A DNA stretch of 64,000 nucleotides from Candidatus Pacearchaeota archaeon (GTDB lineage: Archaea; Nanobdellota; Nanobdellia; Pacearchaeales; GW2011-AR1): NCBI GenBank assembly GCA_027021195.1, contig JALUUW010000003.1, positions 4,843 to 68,842 on the forward strand. The letters are read 5' to 3'. The first letter of the stretch is position 1. Each line of letters starts with the position of its first letter. The position numbers and the translations under genes are program-made. The notes under the pieces are model-generated. The model was not told the DNA's origin, did no database searches, and worked only from the letters and a program-made list of their open reading frames with translations. Positions 46,245-55,107 of this stretch are shown here, piece after piece.

Positions 46245-48653
46245 TTATTCTCCTTTCTCCTCTTTCTTCTTTCTGTATTCCTCCAGCCTTTCTTTGTTTG
46301 TCTCACATTCTGGATTAAAGCAGAAAGTCCATGGCCTTTTTCCTTTTCTTAGAGATATCAGCATTGGAAAATTGCATTTTTCGCAATTTTTTAAGGGAGT
46401 TGTTTTTTTTATTGTTCCGTTTGGTGGGAGAGAGTATGTTTTCGTGCATTCCGGATAGCTGTCACAGGCAATAAAATTTCTTTTAGTCTTTTTTGAGTAT
46501 GTTATTGCAAGGTTCCCCTTTCCGCATTCCGGACATGCGCAGAGAGTATTTTCTGCTTTTTGCTGCTCTCTTAATTTGATGTTTGCCTGCAAAAGTTCTT
46601 TTCCTATTTCTTTCTCATTTTTTTCAAACTGCTTTGCTATTTTTGTTATGGCCTCTTTTGCCTCGCTGATTATTCTCTTTTCATGCTCCATAAACCCCTC
46701 TTTTTCTTCCTGAATCTTATCCATTTCTTTTTCAAAGTGCCTTGTCAGCTCTTCATCTATTATTATTGGAGAGTATTTTTCCAGAGTTTCAATTAAAGAG
46801 ATTCCAAGCGGTGTTGCCTCTATGCTTTTCTCTTTTATGTAATTTCTTTCATAAAGAGTCTCCAGGATTGAGCTTCTTGTTGCTTTGGTTCCGAGATTTC
46901 TTTTTTCCAGTTCAGAAACAATTGATGCCGGAGAATACCTTTTAGGAGGCTGCGTTTCTTTTTCCTCTATCCTTGAGTCTGTTATTTTCACCTCCCCTTT
47001 CATGTCAGGAATTTCATTTTCTTTCATTTTAACAGGATAGATTTCCATCCATGCTTTTTTTCTGACTGATAATCCTTTTGCTGAAAATTTTAATTCATCA
47101 ACACTTGCTGTAATCTTCTTGTTGTCTATTATTGCATCTTCGCAGAAAAGAGAGAGAAATCTTTTTACAATCAGGTTGTAAATTTTTTCTTCGTCTCCTG
47201 AGAGTATTATGGAGTCATTTTGTCCTGTTGGGTATATTGAAGGGTGCGCAGGGTCTGTTTTCTTTCCTTCTACTGGCTTTTCCCTTTTTATGAGGTGTTC
47301 TGCATTATATTTTTTGGCAAGCCTTTTAAGAATCTCTCTGTATCCTATGGAATCAGGAAGCTTCTGGCTTGAAGTTCTTGGATAGGATATGAGGCCTGAA
47401 AGATAGAGGGATTGGGCTGCCCTCAGAGTGTTTGAAGGAGTAATTCCGTGAAGCTTGTATGCTTCTGTCTGAAGGGTTGTTAAATTGAAAGGCGGTGAAG
47501 GAGGGATTATCTGTTCTGTTTTTTTTGTTTCTGCAGTTGCGGTTTTTCCAATGAGATTCTCAAATTTTTTAAGTTCCTTTTTCTCAAAAATATCTTTGTT
47601 ATGCTTCAGCTCCAGGCTGTTTTTTCCGTCATTTGCTTCAATAAAAACCTGCCAGTATGGCGTTGGCTTGAATGACTGGATTTCTCTTTCTTTTTGGACT
47701 ATCAGGTTCAATGCAGGGCCCTGCACGCGCCCTATAGACATAATCCTGAATTTTCCTGTTGTTTTAATTGCATTCATCAGTGCTCTTGAAAGATTTATAC
47801 CGTAAAACCAGTCCAGATAATGCCTTGTCTCTCCTGCAATTGCCTGCCCCCAGTTCACGCTTGAGGATTTTTCCTCGTATGCTTTGTTCAGCTCTTTTTC
47901 TGTCAGTGTGGAGAATTTCATTCTTTTTGCATCCTTCTGGTTGCAGATAAATCTTACAACATTCAGCCCAATGAGCTCCCCTTCAATGTCGTAATCTGTT
48001 GCAACTGTAATGCTTCCGGCATTTTTTGCAAGTTTCAGAAGAGTGTCATGATATCTCTTTGTAAAATCATTCTTTCTAGCCATATAATTTGGGATCCAGC
48101 TTATATCAAAAACAGGAACTTCTGATCCAGGAGTGTTCTGTTTAAGAGTGAATAAATGGCCTACAGCGCATGCCACTATTATTTTTTTGCCGTCTCTCTC
48201 AACCTCATAGTATGGGACACTTCCGGAGTTTTTTTTAGTTGATTTTCCAAGTGCAGAGGATATTTTCAGGGCAGCCTGTGGCTTTTCAGTAATAATAAGC
48301 TCATATCCGTTTTTCTTTAATTCTGTTTTCGGGGGAGAGTACTTCTCCATGCTTTTTGCTTTTTTCTTTCTTGCCTGTTTCTTTTTTTTCCCGACTTTTA
48401 TTACTTTTTCAAGAGACTTTCTGTCAGGCTTGAGATACTCTTTTTCAACCGCTCCCTTCAATATCTCCTCTTTTGGAAGAGGGTCTTTTATCGGTATTTC
48501 AACAGACTTTTTTGCAAGGTCGTGCTCACTAAGAACTATTTTCTTTTCTGCTTTCTCAATTTTCTCAGTAGCATATTCAACATCACTCTTATCTACTGGG
48601 AAATAACTTTCAGCTACTTTCTCTTCATGTGTTTTTCTTGGTTTTCTTGGCAT
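46245..48653 (-). CDS. topA: DNA topoisomerase type IA, with C-terminal Zn-ribbons and a Lys-rich N-terminal extension
   Basis: Toprim (LIITEKPQAALKISSALG, VATDYDIEGELIG), topo-IA core, C-terminal CACPECG...CDSYPEC and CEKC...C. Confidence 0.8.
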   Translation of the reverse strand: MPRKPRKTHEEKVAESYFPVDKSDVEYATEKIEKAEKKIVLSEHDLAKKSVEIPIKDPLPKEEILKGAVEKEYLKPDRKSLEKVIKVGKKKKQARKKKAKSMEKYSPPKTELKKNGYELIITEKPQAALKISSALGKSTKKNSGSVPYYEVERDGKKIIVACAVGHLFTLKQNTPGSEVPVFDISWIPNYMARKNDFTKRYHDTLLKLAKNAGSITVATDYDIEGELIGLNVVRFICNQKDAKRMKFSTLTEKELNKAYEEKSSSVNWGQAIAGETRHYLDWFYGINLSRALMNAIKTTGKFRIMSIGRVQGPALNLIVQKEREIQSFKPTPYWQVFIEANDGKNSLELKHNKDIFEKKELKKFENLIGKTATAETKKTEQIIPPSPPFNLTTLQTEAYKLHGITPSNTLRAAQSLYLSGLISYPRTSSQKLPDSIGYREILKRLAKKYNAEHLIKREKPVEGKKTDPAHPSIYPTGQNDSIILSGDEEKIYNLIVKRFLSLFCEDAIIDNKKITASVDELKFSAKGLSVRKKAWMEIYPVKMKENEIPDMKGEVKITDSRIEEKETQPPKRYSPASIVSELEKRNLGTKATRSSILETLYERNYIKEKSIEATPLGISLIETLEKYSPIIIDEELTRHFEKEMDKIQEEKEGFMEHEKRIISEAKEAITKIAKQFEKNEKEIGKELLQANIKLREQQKAENTLCACPECGKGNLAITYSKKTKRNFIACDSYPECTKTYSLPPNGTIKKTTPLKNCEKCNFPMLISLRKGKRPWTFCFNPECETNKERLEEYRKKKEEKGE

Positions 48654-48703
48654 TTTCTATAAATCATATAAACATAGTGTAGAAAAAGGGTTTTTATAGG
48701 TTT

Positions 48704-49543
48704 TTAAAAAATCTTATTCATCTCCTGAAGCCTTTTTCCCGAGCCTATTGAGCTGTTGAACATTTTCCAGAATATTCTCGTCATCCACTCTGTCCATTCC
48801 CTGTTTTTGATTGTATAGAACACAAAGAGCCTTTTATTCAGCTCTTTTTCTTTTCCTGTCGGCTCTTTCATTTCCTTCATGTTAAAGAGCTTATTGTCTA
48901 TTATTGTGGCTCTTAATGGCTGTTCTCTGTGCCTTATTTCCACTAATTCTTTTCCATGCTTGAAATTTAAAGACAGCATTTTTTCTATGTTCTTCTTGCC
49001 TGCTAAATCAACCCTGCAGACGACCTTAATGCTTATTCCATTTTTCACAAGCCTGTCAAGAATATCAAAGATGTCTGTTTTTCTGTCTTTGTAATTTATA
49101 AGCGAAAGGTTTCCTGAAAAAAACAGGATTTGCTTTTTTGCGCTTAACAGGATGTCTTTAAACTCCTTTAGCCTTCCTGATTTCATCTCGCTTTCCCCCT
49201 TTTTCATCCATGCCTCCTTGTCTTTGTCCGCGACATGCTGAAAAATGTCAAATGCAGAAAAGTCCCCCTTGTTTTTGCCCTGCATTATCTGCTCCTCCAG
49301 CTTCTCCTGAAAAACAGAGTGGTTCGCCTTTTCTACTGAAGCCCAGTAAACGATTTTCAGTGCTCCGCGAGTCCCTTCCCTGAAGGTTCTTGTTGCCAGT
49401 GTTCCGAATTCTTTTTCAATTTCCTGAACATACCTGTCAGCAGTTCTCCAGTTTTTTCCCAGGTGCTTGGCTATCTCCTGTATGCTTCTTGGCTTTGAAT
49501 AGGCAAAATCCTCTATTTTTTTTATTGTTTTAGTGTCAAGCAT
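48704..49543 (-). CDS. Hypothetical protein with an N-terminal HTH-like segment
   Basis: SIQEIAKHLGKNWRTADRYVQEIE. Confidence 0.3.
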   Translation of the reverse strand: MLDTKTIKKIEDFAYSKPRSIQEIAKHLGKNWRTADRYVQEIEKEFGTLATRTFREGTRGALKIVYWASVEKANHSVFQEKLEEQIMQGKNKGDFSAFDIFQHVADKDKEAWMKKGESEMKSGRLKEFKDILLSAKKQILFFSGNLSLINYKDRKTDIFDILDRLVKNGISIKVVCRVDLAGKKNIEKMLSLNFKHGKELVEIRHREQPLRATIIDNKLFNMKEMKEPTGKEKELNKRLFVFYTIKNREWTEWMTRIFWKMFNSSIGSGKRLQEMNKIF

Positions 49544-49648
49544 AGTGTTTCAACCATTTTGTGATATTTAAGCATTTCTACAATATACAACACTTTTGAC
49601 AAAATATGTACAGTAAAATGTATCTAATCTGCAAGTCTTTGTTAGAAT

Positions 49649-50224
49649 ATGAGAAAATACGTCTTGACAGGAGGGCCGTGCTCTGGAAAAACAACACTTA
49701 TTAATGAACTTAGAAAAAACGGCTTTTCTGTTTTAGATGAAACTGCAAGAGAGGTGTTAAGCTCTGCCCTAATCTCTGATAAGGTTATTAATAATAAAGA
49801 GAATTATGAAAAACTGGAGATTGAGATATTTCAAAGGCAGCTGAAAAAGGAAAGCAGCCTTTGCAAAAAAACCTTGCTTTATTTTCTTGACAGAGGAACT
49901 ATTGACTGCCTTGCTTATTCAGAGGTGTTTCTTGGATATGTTCCTGAAGAAATTGCAATCCACACTCATTCCGGAAGGTATGACAAAGTCTTTGCTTTAG
50001 AAAGATTGCCTTTTGTTAATGACGGAGTAAGAGTTGAGGGCACAGAAGAGGAAGCTAAAAAAATTCACGATTTTCTGATTAAGACCTATCTTGATTACGG
50101 ATATGAGCTGATACATGTTCCTGTTATGTCAGTAGAAGAAAGGATGGAATTTATTCTAAGATGCATTAAATCATGCTGTCTCAATAGATATCCTTCCCAA
50201 CAAGGATGTTTATCTGGAGATTGA
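49649..50224 (+). CDS. P-loop NTPase (AAA_28/NadR-kinase-like)
   Basis: Walker A GGPCSGKTT at residue 8. Confidence 0.55.
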   Translation: MRKYVLTGGPCSGKTTLINELRKNGFSVLDETAREVLSSALISDKVINNKENYEKLEIEIFQRQLKKESSLCKKTLLYFLDRGTIDCLAYSEVFLGYVPEEIAIHTHSGRYDKVFALERLPFVNDGVRVEGTEEEAKKIHDFLIKTYLDYGYELIHVPVMSVEERMEFILRCIKSCCLNRYPSQQGCLSGD

Positions 50225-50316
50225 AGGAGACAAAAAATCAATCTTAAAGTGCCTGAGGGATTTTGGGCTGAAGCTTGAGGATATTGAAAAAAGGCCCTAT
50301 CAGGAGATAATCAAAA

Positions 50317-51624
50317 ATGCATAAAAACATAATAAGAATAAAAAAGGAAAAGAGCAATTACCTGATTTTCAGCTCTGAAGGAATGCTCCTCTCCCTGACT
50401 CGGGAGGAATTTGAGGCTTTTGAAAAACACGGAAAAAAGAAAAAAATCAATCCTGAATATAAGGAAATACTTTCAAGGCTTGCATCTTATGGCATTCTGG
50501 AATTTGAGGATTTTAAGCCAGATGATGAAAGAAAGACTTATGACCTGTCTCTTTTAAGGCACAACTCTTCTGAGCCTCTTTATCCTGCTCCTGTTCTTGC
50601 TCATTTGTCTGTAACCAATAAATGCAATATGTCCTGCGAGTATTGCTCTGTCAGGGAACTGCACTGCTCTAATGCTGAAAAAGAACTGACAACAGAGCAA
50701 TGGAAAAAAATAATTTCCGGGCTTGCAGAATGGGGTGTTTTTCAGATAGGGTTCACAGGAGGAGAGCCGACACTGAGAAAGGATTTGCCTGAGCTTGCAA
50801 ACCATGTTCATGAAAAAGGATGCGTATTTAACCTGACAACAAACGGCTGGCTTTTAGATGAAAAGCTTGTTAGCAAGCTTGCAGAATCAGGAATGAAGCA
50901 GTGCCAGGTTTCCTTAGACTCCCACATTAAAGAGACTCATGAAAAGCTGAGGGGAAAAGGCTCTTATGAGAGAGCCATAAAATCCATAAGGCTGTTAAAG
51001 GACAAGGGAGTTGCTGTTGGAATAGACTGCGTTGTTTCTAGAAATAATATCGGCTCAATTCCTGAATTTATAAAGTGGATTGAAAAAGAAGGGATTCCTT
51101 ATCTGACTTTAATAAAGCTGAAAAAAGGGGATTTAAGCAGAGAGTATTATAATTACCTAATGCCTGATTACCATGCATATTCTAGATTGATAAAAGATAT
51201 ATGCTGCAGGGAAAAAAACAAAAACCCCAATATAACTCTTGACTGCGGAAGCGTTTCAAACCTTCAGGCAGTTGCTGATAAAAATAAATTTCATAATCTT
51301 CCTGTTGCAGGATGCCCTTTAGGCCATCATTTAATATGCATCTCTCCTTCTGGAAATATTTTCAGCTGCGCTGCCCTTCTTGATAAAAGGCTTTGTCTTG
51401 GAAATGCCTTAAAAGATGATATTAAGGAAGTCTGGGAAAACAATTCTCTTTTAAGGGAATTTAGATTAATAAAACAAAAAATCTCAGGAAAGTGCAGGAA
51501 TTGCGAAAGGCTTGACATATGCAGGGGAGGGTGCAGGGGAATTTCTTATTCAATAAACAATGGGTTGTTTGGCTCTGACTCAACATGTAAATTTCAGGAG
51601 GTGAAAAATGGAAATACGGGTTGA
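50317..51624 (+). CDS. Radical SAM enzyme with C-terminal SPASM-like domain and ~95-aa N-terminal extension
   Basis: CNMSCEYC (CX3CX2C), FTGGEPTL, C-terminal CPLGHHLICISPSG..FSCAALL...CRNCERLDICRGGCRG. Confidence 0.8.
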   Translation: MHKNIIRIKKEKSNYLIFSSEGMLLSLTREEFEAFEKHGKKKKINPEYKEILSRLASYGILEFEDFKPDDERKTYDLSLLRHNSSEPLYPAPVLAHLSVTNKCNMSCEYCSVRELHCSNAEKELTTEQWKKIISGLAEWGVFQIGFTGGEPTLRKDLPELANHVHEKGCVFNLTTNGWLLDEKLVSKLAESGMKQCQVSLDSHIKETHEKLRGKGSYERAIKSIRLLKDKGVAVGIDCVVSRNNIGSIPEFIKWIEKEGIPYLTLIKLKKGDLSREYYNYLMPDYHAYSRLIKDICCREKNKNPNITLDCGSVSNLQAVADKNKFHNLPVAGCPLGHHLICISPSGNIFSCAALLDKRLCLGNALKDDIKEVWENNSLLREFRLIKQKISGKCRNCERLDICRGGCRGISYSINNGLFGSDSTCKFQEVKNGNTG

Positions 51625-51719
51625 CAAGCTTCAGGGCGGGCATTATGCTTTTTTAAGCGAGCTGCCTCATCTTGCAGAAAAGAGCAAACAGCTTTCTGAA
51701 AAGCTTGCTTTTGAAAAAA

Positions 51720-51842
51720 ATGAAAAGAAGCTTATTTGAGGTGGCATGGGAAATAACAGATGGGTGCAATCTTGAGTGCATCCACTGTTACAACCCCCAA
51801 AAAAAGAAGATATTTTTTAGGCCAGTTAAAGACCTTTGTTGA
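51720..51842 (+). pseudogene. Radical SAM N-terminal remnant (40-aa ORF MKRSLFEVAWEITDGCNLECIHCYNPQKKKIFFRPVKDLC)
   Basis: Manual translation. It contains a canonical CNLECIHC rSAM motif but stops after 40 codons. It abuts the end of the convergent gene 51855..52475. Confidence 0.4.
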
Positions 51843-51854
51843 ATAACCCATAAA

Positions 51855-52475
51855 TCAAATGTCAAAAATCTTCTCTTTTCTTGAGACATTAATGATTTTT
51901 GTTTTTCCCATTTTTTCCTCAATCCCTTCAGCCTCATGAATGTGCGCGCTGATTAAGATGTCTGGCTTGAATTCTTTTACTGCCTTTTTTATTGCCTTGC
52001 TTCCTTTAAATCCTGAGAATTCCGCCTTGCTTCCATTGTGATGCATATGGGTTACCATAATTTTTTTATTGACTTTTTTAAGGGCATTGTTTCCTTTTTT
52101 CAGAGCATCAAAAATCTCTTTTTCTGTTGTATTAAACTCCAGTGCCCCTCCTGCCCCGAAAATACCCACTTTGTCTTTTACAAAAGAGTATCCATGAATG
52201 TTCTTGGTGTTTGGATACATTTCTGCAAGAAAATCCACTGTAGCAATAGATTCGTGGTTTCCATGAAGCAATAAAACCGGTTTTTCTGCTTTTGTGAAAG
52301 GGCCTACAATGTTTTTTACTGAGCTTTCTGCCAGAGTCAGGTCTCCTGCAAGTATTACTAAGTCAACATTTTCTTTTTTTGCCTTTTCAGCCAGCTTTTT
52401 CACTAGCCCAGTGTCTCCATGAATGTCTCCAACTGCAAGTATTCTTGTTTTTTTTCTGTTTCCTGGATGTTTCAT
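51855..52475 (-). CDS. Calcineurin-like metallophosphoesterase
   Basis: GDIHGD, GDLT, GNHE motifs. Confidence 0.75.
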   Translation of the reverse strand: MKHPGNRKKTRILAVGDIHGDTGLVKKLAEKAKKENVDLVILAGDLTLAESSVKNIVGPFTKAEKPVLLLHGNHESIATVDFLAEMYPNTKNIHGYSFVKDKVGIFGAGGALEFNTTEKEIFDALKKGNNALKKVNKKIMVTHMHHNGSKAEFSGFKGSKAIKKAVKEFKPDILISAHIHEAEGIEEKMGKTKIINVSRKEKIFDI

Positions 52476-52643
52476 GATATTAAATTAAAATTTTGATTAA
52501 TAAAGATTATTAATTTATTTTTTGGCTATTTTATAGAAGGTATTATTTTTTAAATGTTTTGGCAGATATATCCTTCCCAAAAGATTTAAAAGGACTATAC
52601 TGTCTGGATATATACATTAAACTATACATATCCGAGTATCAAA

Positions 52644-52910
52644 ATGAAAGACAATTTTGATATCTTTTTCAGGAGAAAGCCAGCTCTGATGCTGGTATCT
52701 CTTAAAAAGAATACAAGGATGAGGTATGGTAGTGTTTTGGCTAAGGAAGTTGACTGCACCTACAGCCATGCAGTGAAGATTTTGCAGACACTTGAAGACC
52801 TTAAGTTAGTTGTTTTTGAAAAAAAGGGGCGGATAAAAATTATACAGCTAACGAAGAAGGGAAGAGAAGTTGCAGATGCAATTGAAAACATTCAAAAGCT
52901 GATTAAATGA
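52644..52910 (+). CDS. Small winged-helix DNA-binding protein
   Basis: 88 aa, an HTH-like segment followed by a beta-hairpin wing-like KKGRIKIIQLTKKGRE. Confidence 0.35.
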   Translation: MKDNFDIFFRRKPALMLVSLKKNTRMRYGSVLAKEVDCTYSHAVKILQTLEDLKLVVFEKKGRIKIIQLTKKGREVADAIENIQKLIK

Positions 52911-53052
52911 AAGCTTTTGGCTACCACGCCCCTGAAAGAGCCTTATGGGCAGAAGACAATAGCAGGCAGTATTTAGTTTAGGATTAGCCTGGATGCTTTA
53001 AGATATTTTTTATCCTATGCAATGCTTTTCTGTGTTTGGGATTTTATAAGCA

Positions 53053-53127
53053 TGGCCCTGGAGGGATTTGAACCCCCGACACCCAGATTAAGAGTCTGGT
53101 GCTCTAACCAGGCTGAGCTACAGAGCC
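53053..53127 (-). tRNA. tRNA-Lys (anticodon CTT), CCA not encoded
   Basis: The minus-strand sequence GGCTCTGTAGCTCAGCCTGGTTAGAGCACCAGACTCTTAATCTGGGTGTCGGGGGTTCAAATCCCTCCAGGGCCA folds as a cloverleaf with a 7-bp acceptor stem, a D-arm, the anticodon loop CUCUUAA and a T-loop TTCAAAT. Confidence 0.85.
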
Positions 53128-53169
53128 ATAATTCAATATCAGAGAAGAAGTTTAAAAATCTTTACTAGC

Positions 53170-53475
53170 TTACCTGTATTCTCTCCATGTATGCTCGCAT
53201 TTTACGCATTTGAAGAATTTTGTTTCCGCCTCGTCTCCTGAACGCGTCTGAACTGTCCAGAAGTATGCCTTTCCATTACCGCATTTTTTGCATATTTCAT
53301 CAATAATTGGAAAAACCTCTGTTCCTTTTTTAAGGACAGCCACGCCTTTTTTTTCCTCTATCTTTTCAGATGTCTTTATTTTTACTTTCTCTTTTGCAGA
53401 ATAACTGCATCTTGGACATCCGTCTTTCTTTCTTTTTTGCACAAGAACAGCACCGCATTTTGGACAAAATTCCAT
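53170..53475 (-). CDS. tfs: Transcription factor S (TFS) / RNAP subunit M
   Basis: N-terminal CPKCG...CPRC and C-terminal CKKCG...QTRSGDE...FFKCVKCEHTWRE ribbon with an acidic hairpin. Confidence 0.8.
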   Translation of the reverse strand: MEFCPKCGAVLVQKRKKDGCPRCSYSAKEKVKIKTSEKIEEKKGVAVLKKGTEVFPIIDEICKKCGNGKAYFWTVQTRSGDEAETKFFKCVKCEHTWREYR

Positions 53476-53550
53476 TTTGACTTCTGATTAATAACCAAAT
53501 TCTTTTAAAAATCTTTCTTTCCTGGTTTTTCACAGGCAAATGGTAAAACA

Positions 53551-54189
53551 TCAATTTTCTTTGCAGAATCCCCTCTCGCTCGGAGGCTTTCCAATCTCAA
53601 AGAACACCAGCTTCCCCCATCCTATATAAGGAGCAATCCTGAATGCAGCCTTTCCGACGAGCTGCTCTTCTTTTATGCTTTTTTCAAAAGTTAGCTGCCC
53701 TCTGTTGTTGTCTCCCATTGTTGAGAAAATTTTTTCCCCTTTTTCATTTCTGATGCTGATTATTCGATGTATAACAGGATTTCTCTGTCCTGCACTGAAT
53801 ATGACTACATCTCCGATTTTCAGCCTGTCAGGATCTGCTTTTGTTATAAACAAGATATCTCCTTTGTTAAATCCGTTTTTAAATATAAACTCCTCAAACT
53901 CCTCTTTTTCAATATTAAATTTGGAATACTTTGCTTCATGCCTCTCCCACCATTCATCATAATTGGAGAGGAGATTTCCCTGATGATACATGCTGCATGA
54001 TTCAACAATTGCCAGAGGAAGCGCAGTTCCTGTTGCCAGGCTCAGAAGAGGAAAAAAGATGAACTTTATGAATATAAAAAGAAATGCAATTGAAAAAATC
54101 CACCCTTTAAAGCTGTCATCTTTCCACAGCAGAAACCAGAATTTTTTCCACAATTTAAAAGCACTCTTTTTTACGGCATTTTGGCCCAT
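53551..54189 (-). CDS. Signal peptidase I (archaeal Sec11/S26B type)
   Basis: N-terminal TM, catalytic-Ser region (VESCSMYH), GDVVIF....VIHRII...GDNN motif block. Confidence 0.6.
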   Translation of the reverse strand: MGQNAVKKSAFKLWKKFWFLLWKDDSFKGWIFSIAFLFIFIKFIFFPLLSLATGTALPLAIVESCSMYHQGNLLSNYDEWWERHEAKYSKFNIEKEEFEEFIFKNGFNKGDILFITKADPDRLKIGDVVIFSAGQRNPVIHRIISIRNEKGEKIFSTMGDNNRGQLTFEKSIKEEQLVGKAAFRIAPYIGWGKLVFFEIGKPPSERGFCKEN

Positions 54190-54451
54190 GTAAACAAGTA
54201 ATTGCAGAGAGTTTATAAGTGTTTCATGTTTTTACGCATTATGCCAATTTATTTTTTCATGAATTTAATCATTTTTTATTTTTTTATCTGCTCTGGCTTT
54301 TGCCTCTCCGGACAGGGCAGAAAAACCGCAAAGTTTAAATAGTATACATGTATGTGTATATACATAAAGGTATATACTTTTTGTATAACCTTCTTTCACC
54401 CCTCTTTAAGACCGTGTCATTCCGGCACGGTTCATTTTAAAAGTCAAAAAA

Positions 54452-54829
54452 ATGAAAATGGCAGACATATTTGAGAACACAATACTTTGCAAAAAATGTG
54501 ATGCAGAAATGGAGAAAGTAAAACTAATGAAAAACGGATTTCTAATGCGGGCAGTGGCTTGTCCGGAATGCAATGAAAAGATTATGCATCCGGTTGATGA
54601 GCAAGAGTACCATAGGTTTATAAATTTGAAAAATAAAGAGTTTAGAGTTAAGATGAGGCTTGTTGGAAACAGTTATGCAGTATCAATTCCTAAAGAAATT
54701 GTTTCATTCATGGAAGAGCAGAAAAAAATTATGGATGATATGGTGAGGTTATGCTTTGAAGATGTTGGAAGGCTGTCTCTCAGTTTCGGAGATTTTGAAG
54801 AATTAAAAATTAACAGGAGAAAAAAATGA
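54452..54829 (+). CDS. Hypothetical Zn-ribbon protein
   Basis: CKKCD...CPECN. Confidence 0.3.
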   Translation: MKMADIFENTILCKKCDAEMEKVKLMKNGFLMRAVACPECNEKIMHPVDEQEYHRFINLKNKEFRVKMRLVGNSYAVSIPKEIVSFMEEQKKIMDDMVRLCFEDVGRLSLSFGDFEELKINRRKK

Positions 54830-55107
54830 AAAACATCTGGCTTGTTGTAGATAATACCGGAAAGAAACTGGCTTACTCGCCTATTAGGCTGGCTCCTAAA
54901 TTGAGGATTGCCAGTAATCCTGAAACTAATCAGGAGTATGATGATGCAAAAGATGGTGAAGTTGGAGAATTTGAGAGATGTGTTTCATGCTGGAATCCTA
55001 CAGATATTAAAAAAAACACTCCTATAGATAAAAGGCCTTTTTATGTTGAAGGGGTGGGGCAATTAGACAGAGAATGCTTTATGGAGGTTTATGGAATTAG
55101 AAAATGA
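54826..55107 (+). CDS. Hypothetical small protein
   Basis: ORF-track ORF, translationally coupled to its neighbours (4-nt overlaps). Confidence 0.3.
   Translation: MKNIWLVVDNTGKKLAYSPIRLAPKLRIASNPETNQEYDDAKDGEVGEFERCVSCWNPTDIKKNTPIDKRPFYVEGVGQLDRECFMEVYGIRK

Noticed and set aside
50160-50324. Open reading frame (…DVYLEIEGDKKSILKCLRDFGLKLEDIEKRPYQEIIKNA*) in an alternative frame bridging the P-loop gene and the rSAM start
   Set aside because: It has no ATG/GTG/TTG start anywhere in the open frame. It is most likely a chance open stretch in AT-rich DNA.
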